Shown: positions 20,401-30,574, counted from the first letter of the stretch. The stretch: 64,000 nucleotides of DNA from an uncultured bacterium (GCA_963786935.1 CAWBAN010000002.1:192001-256000), one strand, 5' to 3'. Program-made: numbers and translations. The notes: generated from the letters alone by a model not told the origin.

Positions 20401-22318
20401 CCTGCGCGCGCAGGCGGCCGCGTCCCTCATCGAGCATTCGATACGGACCGAGGCGTCGTCGCTCGCGAGCGGCCAGTACATCGGCGAGCTGCTCGCGGGA
20501 GGGGGATTGGAGGAAGCGACGGCGCAGGTCGGCATCGACACTCGTCGCTTCACGCTGATCGGCTCGGACGGCGAGGTGATTTTCGGGAGCGCCGCGGCGG
20601 GGCTCGCGCCGGAGCAGCTCGCGGGCCTGCTCGCGGGGGCCAACATCGAACGGGTCGTCGTTTCGTACGAGGCTCCGGTCCTGTACGGCGGGGTCGTCGT
20701 GCCGATCGAGCCCGGCGGGGCGCCGAGCGGCTACCTCTATTACCGGCGCGCGCTCGACGACGGATTCGTCAAGAGCGTGTCGGCCGCGCTCGGCTCCGAT
20801 ATCAACATCTACTACGACGCGCTCGTGCGGGCCTCCAGCGAGCGCGAGCTCTTCCTCGGGGGATTCCTCGATCCGCTGTGCAAGCCGTCGGCGTTCGTCG
20901 GCGTCGCGCTCGAGGGACGGGCGGCCGCCGTGATCAGGGAGACGATCGGGGATTACTCGTACTACGTGGCGAGCGCGCCGCTCGCCGCGATCGGCGGCGC
21001 CCAGAGCGCCGTGCTCTCCGTGCCCATGATGTACCTGCCCATCGTGATGCAGGAGGAGGTGCGCCGGACCTCGATGCTCGTTCTCGGCCTCCTCGCGCTC
21101 CTCTTCGCGGCGACGGTCGCGCTCGGCGTGTTCCTCGCGGGCAAGATCTTCAATCCGATCGCCGCGCTCCAGGGGGGCACGAGAAAGATCATCGAGGGGG
21201 AGCTCGAGTTCAAGCTCGAGGCGGAAGCGCCCGACGAGATCGGCGAGCTCGTCCAATCGTTCAACACGATGACGGGGGCGCTGCGCGAGGCCCGGCGCGG
21301 GCTCCTCGAGCGCCAGCGGTACCTCGCCGCGGTGCTCGACAACATCGCGACGGGAGTGCTCGCGACCGGCCGGGACGGCGACGTCATCACGCTGAACCCG
21401 TCGGGCGAGCGGATCCTCCGCGTGCCGGCCGTCGCCATCGTCGGCAAACGCCCCGACGAGGCGTTCGGCGGGGGGCTCGAGCCGCTCCGCGGGCTCTTCG
21501 ACGCGCCGGCCGGCGAGATCCGCGAGGTGGAGCTCTCGCTCTTCTCCGGCGATATGGCGCGCACGGTGAAGGCGGTCGTCGCGAGCCTCGTCGAGGGCGG
21601 GGAGCGGCTCGGCACCGTCGTCGTGTTCGACGACCTCACCGAGCTCATCCGCTCGAAGAAGCTCTCCGCGTGGGTCGAGATGGCGCGGCAGATCGCGCAC
21701 GAGGTCAAGAATCCCCTCACGCCGATCAAGCTTTCGACCCAGCTCATGAAGAAGGCGTACGATTCGAAGAGCGCGGACTTCGACGGCATATTCAACAGCG
21801 GCGTCGAGACGGTCATCCAGCAGACCGAGATATTGCGGCGGATCGCGACGGAGTTCTCGAGCTTCGGCAAGGCGATGCGCCTCGCGCCGGAGCCGGTGCC
21901 GCTCGACTCGTTCCTCGGCGAGGTCGTTTCGCACTATCGCGGCGCGGAGAACGTCGCGGTCAGCCTCGCCTGCGACGGTCCGATCACCGTGGCCGCCGAC
22001 CGGGAGGCGCTGCGGAAGATATTCGTCAACCTGATCGAGAACGCGATCGACGCGATGCCGGACGGCGGGGAGATCCGGGTGTCGTGCCGCCGCGACGGCA
22101 GGAACGCCGTCGTCGCGGTCGTCGACTCGGGGAAAGGGCTTTCCGCGGAGATGCAGGCGCATCTCTTCGAGCCGTATTTCTCGACGAAAACGAACGGCAT
22201 CGGGCTCGGGCTCGCGATCTGCCAGAACCTCGCCCGCGCGATGGACGGGGAGATCAAGCTTCGCAACAGGGAGGGAGCGCGGGGCGCGGAGGCGACGGTC
22301 ATGCTCCCCCTCGCGTGA
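17435..22318 (+). CDS. Large NtrY-like membrane sensor histidine kinase (HAMP-PAS-HisKA-HATPase)
   Basis: DEIGELVQSFNTM (HAMP), W.EMARQIAHEVKNPLTPI (H-box), NLIENA, DSGKG, FEPYFSTK, GLGLAI. Confidence 0.9.
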   Translation: MLQDKEQRIFQSVLWAFLLGSLIFLVARLSLGRLTLPATVWYMLLFLDVGFIVFIFVPHAGSGVPGVPGRHEETVEKHRWYPRHLAEVIEGRGGEKPARAEGGVYPPSRAIPPVPLVPLVLLGLCLAMAYPGAPAEKAWREKEAVRLKSVYDDASRELARLERLAVSLGSAASSRVDWSVVARGDNADRSALIRSADSLAKSIDLGDVPLREVGIQIFSPAGERIAWGGTPRYLDAERPGAPAGTIVFMSRAPLHTLLVCEVRDPVRGAVAVDIPLEVNFLINNRFLRSTSLGEALSRRYGDEVEFTFGTGERRGIAAWADPAPTGKDAQIFYSPIIGIQVVGVLRASTGMPLARLKVLGDPYAEIIREAEARRARWASLLLSIAVIVVVVWFFRSYFKRSAAAGSPRGILLRRIGALAASLAVIRLILLRLNVPGGLVGTQIFSPAVFADAMPGGVMRNAGDFFVSAVFMLILVFGSIKAYRTYYRGILERPLGAGGGFVAARAAAKAVIIFGALEGAVALASNVVSRATVNALPRLVGLDVDLFDAPVLALHLSLLFAVSAGFIAALFVVRLALVWGDRRLFEGLAASAAAMAGIVALNAPHGGLALAAAGLLALSFRIFPLLKKEEAVSVAFASFFLVLVSSLAVYATASERYTDLRKGYVLEKLKEFNNPADNWMQVYLPDICAEISNDPSISSRVVSREESAAFEIWAQSSISRGGLSCVFEVYDADGTRTSRFAVGMPFEIPRRIPERARFAAGPYVETARAETRGGAVLYYAGYAPVFHVRGQLLGWVEITIPYFFENPELLARTGRMAPEILHNFDPGGERRRDMPEKLLVARVSGDRVIASSDSGLRAGTVPGGREGEWFSIAVGKDAYDCNTQLGAGGEGYLVGYRVSTALESLLQWATIVSLDVLLTILSLVVLFVLKRLPVLKGVMPDVSPGRGIGFRQKVLLSFLVVSILPVVILGSFSSQLITRRYRAEEENRALLRAQAAASLIEHSIRTEASSLASGQYIGELLAGGGLEEATAQVGIDTRRFTLIGSDGEVIFGSAAAGLAPEQLAGLLAGANIERVVVSYEAPVLYGGVVVPIEPGGAPSGYLYYRRALDDGFVKSVSAALGSDINIYYDALVRASSERELFLGGFLDPLCKPSAFVGVALEGRAAAVIRETIGDYSYYVASAPLAAIGGAQSAVLSVPMMYLPIVMQEEVRRTSMLVLGLLALLFAATVALGVFLAGKIFNPIAALQGGTRKIIEGELEFKLEAEAPDEIGELVQSFNTMTGALREARRGLLERQRYLAAVLDNIATGVLATGRDGDVITLNPSGERILRVPAVAIVGKRPDEAFGGGLEPLRGLFDAPAGEIREVELSLFSGDMARTVKAVVASLVEGGERLGTVVVFDDLTELIRSKKLSAWVEMARQIAHEVKNPLTPIKLSTQLMKKAYDSKSADFDGIFNSGVETVIQQTEILRRIATEFSSFGKAMRLAPEPVPLDSFLGEVVSHYRGAENVAVSLACDGPITVAADREALRKIFVNLIENAIDAMPDGGEIRVSCRRDGRNAVVAVVDSGKGLSAEMQAHLFEPYFSTKTNGIGLGLAICQNLARAMDGEIKLRNREGARGAEATVMLPLA

Positions 22319-22323
22319 GCACC

Positions 22324-23100
22324 ATGAGAGCGCACGGGAATGAAACCGCGCGGGTCCTGTCCCGCCTCGCATCCGCCATCGCCTGCTTCTCGATGCTCGC
22401 TGCGCTGATGTTCGCGGGAGTGGCGAGAGCGCAGGACGTCATGCCGCCGGGGGGCTACAAGCCCGTTGATCCGGGGGAGGCCGAGCGCGAGCGGCTCGTC
22501 GACATGTCGCGCGCGCACATCGCGCGGATCCGCTACGGCGGAGGCGGCGACTGGTACGCCGATCCTTCGTCCATTCCGAATCTGCTGCGCGAGTTCGAGG
22601 CGCGCACGGGAATCCCGTCCGCGCGATCCGAGATGGTCGTGGAGCTCGGCGATCGGGGGCTCTTCGCTCATCCGTTCCTCTACATGACGGGGCACGGGAA
22701 CGTGAGCCTCACGCGCGAGGAAATCGATAAGCTGCGCGCGCACCTGCTCGCCGGGGGCTTTCTCTGGGCGGACGACTGCTACGGCATGGACGCTTCGTTC
22801 CGGAAGACGGCGCGCGAGATATTTCCGGAGCGGGAGCTCGCGTTGCTGCCGCTCGACCATCCGATCTATCGCGGCTTCTACACCCTCGAGGGGCCGCCGA
22901 AAATTCACGAGCACGACGGGAAGCAGCCGCAGGGTTACGCCGTTCTCGACGGCGCGCGGGTCATGATCTTCTACACGTACGAGAGCGATATCGGGGACGG
23001 CCTCGAGGAAGCCGACGTGCACGACGATCCGCCGGAGAAGCGCGAGCAGGCGATCCGGATGGGCGTCAACATACTCTATTACGCGCTTACGAGAGATTGA
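22324..23100 (+). CDS. DUF4159-domain protein
   Basis: Y.GGGDWY, PFLYMTGHG, GGFLWADD and MGVNI motifs; true start lies inside the longer track ORF. Confidence 0.8.
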   Translation: MRAHGNETARVLSRLASAIACFSMLAALMFAGVARAQDVMPPGGYKPVDPGEAERERLVDMSRAHIARIRYGGGGDWYADPSSIPNLLREFEARTGIPSARSEMVVELGDRGLFAHPFLYMTGHGNVSLTREEIDKLRAHLLAGGFLWADDCYGMDASFRKTAREIFPERELALLPLDHPIYRGFYTLEGPPKIHEHDGKQPQGYAVLDGARVMIFYTYESDIGDGLEEADVHDDPPEKREQAIRMGVNILYYALTRD

Positions 23101-23121
23101 GCGCGGCACGGGGAGCAGGAG

Positions 23122-26100
23122 ATGACACGGGGCGGGGAAAACAGTAACGGCGCGCGCGGGTGGCGCCGATGGGGCCCCCGCGGGGGGCGCAGCGCAAGCG
23201 AGCACGCGCGGGGTGCAATCGGCGACAGGACCCGCGCGCCGAACGACGAGTTCCGCGCCGCCATGGCGCGCCTGCTCGCCGCGGGGCGCGCGGCGGGGGC
23301 GCGGGGCGCGCTCGCGATGATGCTGTGCGCGGGGCTCGCCGCGTTCGCCGCGCTGCTCGCGGCGGAGGCGCCGCTGAGGGGCTGGCGATTTTTCCCGCTC
23401 CTGTCGTTCGCGATCTTTTGGGGCGCCCTCGTCGCCGCGGCCGTCACCGCGGCCGCGCGGCAGTTCGACGCGGTGCGCGGCGCCCGTCGGCTCGCCGGCG
23501 AGCTCGACCGGCGGCTCGGCGGCGGGAATCTCGTCGAAGCGGCGCTCGAATTCTCGAGCGGCGGAAATCGCGTGAGCGCCTACTCGCCGTTTCTCGTCTC
23601 GGCGACGGTGCGCCGCGCGCGGGAGCGCCTCCGCGGCCTTGATCCGCGCGAGATCTTCGCGCCGGCGCTCAGGCCGGCGTGGACGGCCGCGGGCATCGGC
23701 CTCGGCGTCCTGATCGCGCTCGAGATCGGGATCTTCCGCGCCGACCCGGCCGGCGTCGTTTCGTCGATCGCCGATCCGGCGCGGTCGTTCAGGTTCCCGT
23801 ACCGGTACAACCTCGTGGTGACCTCGGGCGACCGCAGCGTGCTCCCCGGCGAGACGGTCGCGCTCGAAGCGATCAACTTCGGCTCGATGCGCGGCGACGC
23901 CACGCTCCTCGTGAGCACGATCCCCGGGGTCTGGAACCGGACCGTGGTGAAAGGCGCCGCGCTTGCCGGCGCCTGGCGCGTCTATCGGCGCGAGATCGTT
24001 GACGTGCGCGAGGATTTCGTCTACGCGTTCTCCGCGGGCCGCGCGCGGACGGCGGAGCGCCGCGTGACCGTGATCCACCGGCCCGTGATCAACGGCATGA
24101 CGGCGATCCTGAGATATCCGCCGTACACGGGCGCGAAGCCCGATACCCTCGAGCCGCTCGCGGGACGGATCGTGGCGCTCGCCGGAACGCGCGTCTCGCT
24201 CGAGGGCCGGACGAGCAAGGCGATCCGGGACGGCAGGCTCCTGTTCGCAGGGGGCGGCCCGGTGCCGCTCGCGCCCCGGCCGGGGGGCTTCGGCGCCGCT
24301 TTCACCGTCGCGGCGGGCGACACGTTCGTCGTCGAGACGGTCGATTCGCTCGGCTTCACGAACGATCACGCGGTGAAGTATCCGGTGCTGTCGCTCGAGG
24401 ACGCGCCGCCGTCGATCGAGATCATCTCTCCCGAGGACGGCGCGGAGCTCCCGCGCACGTTCGTCACCGAGCTCCTCTACCGGGGGGCCGACGATTACGG
24501 AATCGCGGGGGTGCGGCTCTTCTCCATGCGCGAAGGGAAGGACGAGAGCTTCTCGTCGACGAGCGTGCTCGGGCCCTCGCCCGCGCGGCTCGCCGAGATC
24601 GAGGGGCGCTTCGCGTGGTCGCTCGAGGGGGTCGGGGTGTTTCCGGGTGACCGGATCCTCTACTATCTCGAAATCACCGACAACAACACGGCCACGGGGC
24701 CGCGGACCGCGCGGACATCGGCGCGGCGGCTCGTCGTGCCGTCGATATCGGAGATCTACGCGCGCATCCGCGAGGACGACTCGCGGCGGCGCGACGACCT
24801 CGAGGACGTGCTCGACAAGGGGCGCGAGGTGCGCGAGCGCATGAAGAAGCTTTCGGACGAGCTCAAGGTCGACGGGAACCTCGATTGGAGCCGCCGGCGC
24901 GAGAGCGGCGAGATCCTCGAGAAGCAGCGCGAGATCCAGAGCAAGATGAACGAGATCACGGCGGAGATCGACAAGAGCCTCGAGACGCTCGAGAAGAACA
25001 GGGCCGCCTCGCAGGACGTGGGGAAGAAGATCGAGGAAATTCAGAAACTTCTCAAGCGCATCGAGAGCGAGGAGCTCCGCTCCGCGATCGAGAAGCTCCA
25101 GAAGATGATGGGCGAGGTGCCGCAGGGGGAGCTCGCCGCCGCGATGAACGATGTCGAGCTCGACACGGAAAAGCTCATCGAGAACATGGACCGCACGATC
25201 GAGCTCCTCAAGCAGGTGATCAGGGAAGAGAAGATGGACGAGCTCGTCCGCCGCATGGACGACATGCTCGAGGAGCAGACGGCGCTCCGCGACTCGACGG
25301 CGCAGGGCGACATGAAGGACCTCGCGGAGCGGCAGGAGGAGCTCGGCGGGGAGGCGGACGACTACGAGAAGAAGCTCGACGAGTTCTCCCGCGAGGAGGG
25401 CGACAGCTCGCTCGCGGCCGAGCTCGACTCGATTCTCGCGGAGATGGAGCGGTCGAAGCCGGCGGAAGACATGCGGCGCGCCGCGCAGCAGATGTCGAGC
25501 GACGACCGCGCGGGGGCCCAACGCTCGCAGAAGAACGCGATCGACGAGATGCTGAGCCTCTTCACGTCGCTCTCGTCGTGCCGCATGTCGATGGGCCTCA
25601 CGATGGAGAAGGAGGCCGCCGAGTCGATCGCGCGCTCGACGCGCGAGCTCGTCGAGGCCTCCAAGCTGCAGGAAGCGGTGGTGCCGAAGATCCGCGGGCA
25701 GGGAGGGCGGGGGAGCGTTTCCGCCCTGATCGAGGAGGAGCTCGTCGTCAAGACGGCGCTCCAGAAGATTTCGGAAAATCTCTACCAGGTCGCGCGCAAG
25801 ACGATGGCGCTCTCGCCGAAGGTGTTCGCGATCCTCGGGCTCGCGCAGCGGGAGATCGAGGCCGCCCTCGGCACGATCGAGGAAGGGCGGTCACTCGAGG
25901 CGGCGCAGGCGTCGGAGCGCGCGTATCACGCGATGAATCTCGCCGCGATCGAGCTCCTGCGGGTGAACGCGTCGCAGGGAGGCTCGGGGGGAAGCGGGCG
26001 CGAGCGCATGCAGCAGCTGCTCCGGCAGCAGCTCTCGCTCCGGCAGGAATTGCAGCGAATGCTCCAGCGCGGGCGGGCGGGGCAGTGGTCTATGGAGGAG

Positions 26101-26541
26101 CGCGCGGGGATGGCCCGCCTCGCCGCCGAACAGCGGCGGATGGAGGAGGTCATGCGGCAGATCGCCGAGGAGAGCCGCGGCGCGCAGGAAGCGCTCGGGA
26201 AGGTCGACGATCTCGCCGACTCGATGGAGCGGATCGCGAACGACCTCGAAGCGGGCGATCTCGATCAGGACCTCCTCGACCGGCAGGAGCGCATCGTCAC
26301 GAGAATGCTCGATTCGCAGCGGTCGCTGCGGGAGCGGGACTACAAGCGGGAGCGCGCGAGCACCGCGGCGGGAGAGGTCCCGGCGCTCGCCCCCGACGAA
26401 TGGCGCGAGGGAGTCGACGACAACGAGGTGCTTCTGCGCATGATCCAGCGCGCGATGCAGGAAAAGGGACCCCGCGAATACGAGGAGCTCGTCAGGGAAT
26501 ACTTCCGGGCGCTCTCGGAGAAGGCGAGGGAGACGAAGTGA
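23122..26541 (+). CDS. DUF4175-like membrane-anchored coiled-coil protein
   Basis: N-terminal TM helices, PPYTG and DDYG motifs, long E/Q-rich coiled coil, C-terminal Y.ELV.EYF. Confidence 0.7.
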   Translation: MTRGGENSNGARGWRRWGPRGGRSASEHARGAIGDRTRAPNDEFRAAMARLLAAGRAAGARGALAMMLCAGLAAFAALLAAEAPLRGWRFFPLLSFAIFWGALVAAAVTAAARQFDAVRGARRLAGELDRRLGGGNLVEAALEFSSGGNRVSAYSPFLVSATVRRARERLRGLDPREIFAPALRPAWTAAGIGLGVLIALEIGIFRADPAGVVSSIADPARSFRFPYRYNLVVTSGDRSVLPGETVALEAINFGSMRGDATLLVSTIPGVWNRTVVKGAALAGAWRVYRREIVDVREDFVYAFSAGRARTAERRVTVIHRPVINGMTAILRYPPYTGAKPDTLEPLAGRIVALAGTRVSLEGRTSKAIRDGRLLFAGGGPVPLAPRPGGFGAAFTVAAGDTFVVETVDSLGFTNDHAVKYPVLSLEDAPPSIEIISPEDGAELPRTFVTELLYRGADDYGIAGVRLFSMREGKDESFSSTSVLGPSPARLAEIEGRFAWSLEGVGVFPGDRILYYLEITDNNTATGPRTARTSARRLVVPSISEIYARIREDDSRRRDDLEDVLDKGREVRERMKKLSDELKVDGNLDWSRRRESGEILEKQREIQSKMNEITAEIDKSLETLEKNRAASQDVGKKIEEIQKLLKRIESEELRSAIEKLQKMMGEVPQGELAAAMNDVELDTEKLIENMDRTIELLKQVIREEKMDELVRRMDDMLEEQTALRDSTAQGDMKDLAERQEELGGEADDYEKKLDEFSREEGDSSLAAELDSILAEMERSKPAEDMRRAAQQMSSDDRAGAQRSQKNAIDEMLSLFTSLSSCRMSMGLTMEKEAAESIARSTRELVEASKLQEAVVPKIRGQGGRGSVSALIEEELVVKTALQKISENLYQVARKTMALSPKVFAILGLAQREIEAALGTIEEGRSLEAAQASERAYHAMNLAAIELLRVNASQGGSGGSGRERMQQLLRQQLSLRQELQRMLQRGRAGQWSMEERAGMARLAAEQRRMEEVMRQIAEESRGAQEALGKVDDLADSMERIANDLEAGDLDQDLLDRQERIVTRMLDSQRSLRERDYKRERASTAAGEVPALAPDEWREGVDDNEVLLRMIQRAMQEKGPREYEELVREYFRALSEKARETK

Positions 26542-28631
26542 ACGGTCCGGCGCGGCGAGCGAAACGAAAGCTGCGGCGCGTGCGCATCGCGGTCCTTGCC
26601 GTCGTGTGCGCCGCTGTGGTCGTCGCGCTCGCCGGAGCGCCGGCGAATGCCCAGGTCCCCGTCAACGATCCCGCCAAGAAACCCGTTCAAGCGCCGCGCC
26701 AGGACCAGCCGAAGCGGCCGCCGCGGGGGCAGCCCGTCCCGGCCGAGAAGGGGCGCGCGACGGAGTCGCCGGGCGCCATGCTCGATCGCGCGAACCATTT
26801 CCTCATGCTCGGGCGCTGCGGCGAGGCGATTCCGATTCTCGAGCGGCTCTTGAAGGATTATCCGCGGATGGCCGCCGCGAACGAAATGCTCGCCGACTGC
26901 TATATCAAGGAAGGCCGTCCCGCGGACGCGGCGGCTCTCCTCGAGCGCTGTCTCGCGGCGGATCCGGAGCAGTTCGTCTACGCGCAGGATCTCGGCCGCG
27001 CGTACATGGATCTCGGCAGGCGCGAGGACGCGGTGGCGGTCTGGCGCGGGCTGCTGGCGGCCGACGAGAAGACCGCGTCGATGTACGGCCACGTCGCGAA
27101 GATGATGCAGGAGGCGGGGCTCTACGACGAGGCGATCGAGATCCTGCGCGAGGGGATGAAGTACCCGGAGACGGCGGACTATTATTCGCGCGAGGTCGTC
27201 CGGCTCGAGCGGGTCATCGGGCGCGAGGAGGACGCGTTCAGGGACGCGCTCCGGCTCGTCGGCCGTCGGCCGGGCGCGCTCGAGGGGGAGATCCGCGAGG
27301 TCTCCGACATTTACCGCGAATCGAAGAAGCGAGATCGTCTCGCCGCCATTCTCGATTCGACGGCCGCCGCGTCGGGGGACTGGACGGGCGCGTTCCGCAC
27401 GCTGAAGACGATCTTTCTCGTCGAGACCGGGCGCTACGACGACGTGCGCGCGCATCTCTTGGGCCCGAGCGCCCCCGCGTTCCGCGAGGACGAGCTCTAC
27501 GCGCTTCTCGTATATCTGGGGAAGATGCCGGTCGCCGGCGCCGATCCGCGTTTGGCCGCGCTCCGCGGCGATCTGATGCGGGTGTTTCTCGCCCGGTTCG
27601 GCGGGTCCGCCTTCGCGCCGCACGTCAGGCTGCTGGCGGCGGAGAACGCGCGGGAGGCCATGCGGAACGCGCCGGAGCAGGAGCGCGCGAAGCTGCTCGA
27701 GGAGGCGCTCGCGCACTGCGACGCGGCGAAGCGGAGCGGCAGGGGCGCGCCGTATTTCGACCGGGCCGTCATCCTGAAGGCGCAGATGCTCTATGAAGAC
27801 CAACGCCGCCCCGAGGAGGCGCTCGCCGAGCTCGCGAACGCCGGACGGCGTGACAGCCCCCAGCGGCTCGAGGTCGAGGAGCTCCGCGTGCGCATCCTTC
27901 TCGCTTCGAATAATCCGAAACAAGCCGCGGCGGAGCTCGGCCGCGTCGCGGCCGACGCGGATTCGAACGTCGCGCTCCTCGGCCGGTACGGGCTCGGACG
28001 GCTCGCGTTTCTCGCGGGGCGCTACGACGAGTCGGTGAAGACGCTCTCGGAGGTCGCCGAGAAGCATCCGGGGAGCCCGTGGGCGAACGACGCGCTCGAG
28101 CTCGGGATCGAGGTGCAGCAAGCGATCCCCGAAGGGCGCGGCGCCCTCGATCTGTACCGCGCCGCCGTGCTCGCGCGTGCGCGCGGGGCGCGCGCGGAGG
28201 CCATCGACTCGCTCGGCGCGCTCGAGCGGCGCTTTCCCGCCTCGAGCCTCGCGCCGCGGGCGATATTCACGAAGGGGGATGTCGAGGCGGAGCTCGCCGG
28301 CGGCGCTGCAGGGGCCCGCGGGCCCGGCGCGGGCGGTTCGACGGGCGCGCCCGATCACCTCGCGGCGGCGCGCGCCGATTTCGCGCGAATTGTCGAGAGC
28401 TATCCGCTCCACGAGCTCGCCCCCCGCGCGCTCGAGCGGCTCGCCGGGCTCGCCGAGCGGGAACGCCCCGCCGAAGCGCTCTCGACGTACGGCACGCTCA
28501 TGGAACGCTATCCCGATTATCCGTTCATGGAGCGCGTGCGCGGGAGATACGTGGCGCTCGGAAAGGCCGCCGGGCCGGGCGACGCCGCGGCGCCCGCAGG
28601 CCCGAGCGCCCCAAAGAAAGGCTCGAAATGA
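26538..28631 (+). CDS. Secreted tetratricopeptide repeat protein
   Basis: GTG start overlapping the upstream stop, signal peptide, many TPR-like helices (YP/HPGS/FPAS turns). Confidence 0.8.
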   Translation: MNGPARRAKRKLRRVRIAVLAVVCAAVVVALAGAPANAQVPVNDPAKKPVQAPRQDQPKRPPRGQPVPAEKGRATESPGAMLDRANHFLMLGRCGEAIPILERLLKDYPRMAAANEMLADCYIKEGRPADAAALLERCLAADPEQFVYAQDLGRAYMDLGRREDAVAVWRGLLAADEKTASMYGHVAKMMQEAGLYDEAIEILREGMKYPETADYYSREVVRLERVIGREEDAFRDALRLVGRRPGALEGEIREVSDIYRESKKRDRLAAILDSTAAASGDWTGAFRTLKTIFLVETGRYDDVRAHLLGPSAPAFREDELYALLVYLGKMPVAGADPRLAALRGDLMRVFLARFGGSAFAPHVRLLAAENAREAMRNAPEQERAKLLEEALAHCDAAKRSGRGAPYFDRAVILKAQMLYEDQRRPEEALAELANAGRRDSPQRLEVEELRVRILLASNNPKQAAAELGRVAADADSNVALLGRYGLGRLAFLAGRYDESVKTLSEVAEKHPGSPWANDALELGIEVQQAIPEGRGALDLYRAAVLARARGARAEAIDSLGALERRFPASSLAPRAIFTKGDVEAELAGGAAGARGPGAGGSTGAPDHLAAARADFARIVESYPLHELAPRALERLAGLAERERPAEALSTYGTLMERYPDYPFMERVRGRYVALGKAAGPGDAAAPAGPSAPKKGSK

Positions 28632-29962
28632 GATCGCCGAGGGAAATCGTGACGGTCGTTGCCGAGCGGGCCCGCGCCGGGAGAGCCGGCGCGGGCATCG
28701 CCGCGCTCGCTCTCGCCGCTGCGTTCGCTCTTCCCGCCGCGTTCGCCCTCCCCTCCGCGGCCCGCGCGGATTTTCTCGTGCCGATGGACCTCGCGCAGAC
28801 GAATCACCTCAAAGCGTACGGGCTCGCCTACTACGTTCTCGCGGGCGGGGAGAACGTGAAATGGCTCCTCAACTATCGCGGCGGCTCGTTCCTCATCCCT
28901 GAAAAGCAGGGCTACGCGACGGAGGCGCAGGCGCGCAACGTGCGCATCGAACGCGTCGACGGCGCCGCGGCGGCATCCATATACGCCGATATCGAGACGA
29001 GCAACGCCGACGTGGTGCTCCTCGAGAAGGAGCCCGCGATCGCGGTGTACGCGCCGCCGAACAAGCTCCCGTGGGACGACGCCGTGATGCTGGCGCTCGA
29101 TTACGCCGACATACCGTACACGACGGTGTACGACCAGCAGGTGCTTGCCGGCGAGCTCGAAAAATACGACTGGCTCCATCTGCACCACGAGGACTTCACG
29201 GGGCAGTACGGAAAGTTCTACGCCGGGTTCAGGACGGCGGACTGGTACATCAGGGATCAGATCCTCAACGAGAAGCTCGCGGCGGCGCTCGGGTTCAAGA
29301 AGGTCTCCGAGGAGAAGAAGGCGGTCGCGCGCGCGATCAGGGAGTACGTCCGCGCCGGGGGATTCGTGTTCGCGATGTGCTCGGCGACCGACTCGTACGA
29401 CATCGCGCTCGCCGCGGACGGCGTCGACATCGTCCCGCGCGAGTATGACCACGACGGCACGACGCCCGGCTGCCAGAAGCTGCTCGATTTCGGGAAGACG
29501 CTCGCCTTCGAGAATTTCCAGCTCATCCTCGATCCGATGGTGTATGAATACTCCGATATCGACATGACCGGGGCCGCCGCCGCGCGCGGCGAGCCGCGCG
29601 ACTACTTCACGCTCTTCGAGTTCTCCGCGAAGTACGATCCCGTGCCGACGATGCTCGTTCAGAACCACGTGTCGGTCATCAAGGGCTTCATGGGGCAGAC
29701 GACCTCGTTCAAGAAGAGCCTCATCAAGAAGAAGGTGCTCATCCTCGGCGAGGTGAAGGACGGCGGCGAGGCGCGCTACATTCACGGCAACTTCGGCATG
29801 GGGACGTTCACGTTCCTCGGGGGGCACGATCCGGAGGATTATCAGCATCTCGTCGGCGATCCCCCGACCGATCTCGGCGTATATCCGAACTCGCCCGGAT
29901 ACCGCCTCATTCTCAACAACGTTCTTTTCCCGGCCGCGAAGAAGAAGGAGCAGAAGACATAG
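28628..29962 (+). CDS. Conserved secreted protein with class I glutamine-amidotransferase-like fold (family often labelled 'asparagine synthetase B' in FCB genomes)
   Basis: PMD..Q.NHLKAYG, WLLNYRGGSF, PWDDAV, YDWLHLHHEDFTGQYGKF, FAMCSATD, GHDPEDYQH. Confidence 0.75.
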   Translation: MRSPREIVTVVAERARAGRAGAGIAALALAAAFALPAAFALPSAARADFLVPMDLAQTNHLKAYGLAYYVLAGGENVKWLLNYRGGSFLIPEKQGYATEAQARNVRIERVDGAAAASIYADIETSNADVVLLEKEPAIAVYAPPNKLPWDDAVMLALDYADIPYTTVYDQQVLAGELEKYDWLHLHHEDFTGQYGKFYAGFRTADWYIRDQILNEKLAAALGFKKVSEEKKAVARAIREYVRAGGFVFAMCSATDSYDIALAADGVDIVPREYDHDGTTPGCQKLLDFGKTLAFENFQLILDPMVYEYSDIDMTGAAAARGEPRDYFTLFEFSAKYDPVPTMLVQNHVSVIKGFMGQTTSFKKSLIKKKVLILGEVKDGGEARYIHGNFGMGTFTFLGGHDPEDYQHLVGDPPTDLGVYPNSPGYRLILNNVLFPAAKKKEQKT

Positions 29963-30385
29963 ATGAAGAATCGATTGGCGCTCGTTCCGGTGATATTCCT
30001 CGCGTCGGGCGTCGTGCTGACCGTGGCCGGGCTCGCGATAATGGTCGCGCGCGGGGCGGAGGCGCCGGTCGCGGCGCTCGCGCTGCTCGCCGTCGGGCTG
30101 CTCGATGGCGTCACCGGCGTCATATGGACGATGGTAGCGTTGTTCTCGCGGCGGGACGAGGCGCCCGCGGGGCCGGGCGTTCCCGGTGTCTCGCGGGGCC
30201 GGCCGCCAGCCCCGGGGCGCGCACCGGCGCCTGGGCCGGGGCTCCAGGCGCGCGCCGAGGAGACGCAGCGGACTCTCGTGCTCGCGAGCGGGCTCCTCGC
30301 CGTCATATTTCTAGGGGCAGTGCTCGCGCTGCTTCTTTATTTGCACGTAATTGTGAGCTGTATGAGGAGCTGGGGGCTTCTGTGA
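29963..30385 (+). CDS. Membrane protein
   Basis: Three hydrophobic segments; abuts the upstream stop. Confidence 0.55.
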   Translation: MKNRLALVPVIFLASGVVLTVAGLAIMVARGAEAPVAALALLAVGLLDGVTGVIWTMVALFSRRDEAPAGPGVPGVSRGRPPAPGRAPAPGPGLQARAEETQRTLVLASGLLAVIFLGAVLALLLYLHVIVSCMRSWGLL

Positions 30386-30574
30386 GCGCCGGGGCCGCCG
30401 CGCCCGGCCGCGTCCAACCGCGTCCGGCCATAGCACGCGGCCGCCCTTTGTGGTTGCTTTTCGATAAGAACGATGCTAAATTACGCAGGTAGTCAGTTCA
30501 ATCCGCACGCGGTGTCAGGGCCGCACAAAGAATCGAACAAGATCCGGGATTCATTCGACGAAGGGAGACCCCAG

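Noticed and set aside
17390..29848. Very long antisense and alternate-frame ORFs (e.g. 17390-22372 minus, 21934-25521 minus)
   Set aside because: These are shadow ORFs of high-GC coding DNA, Arg/Ala/Pro-rich with no motifs, overlapping well-supported genes.
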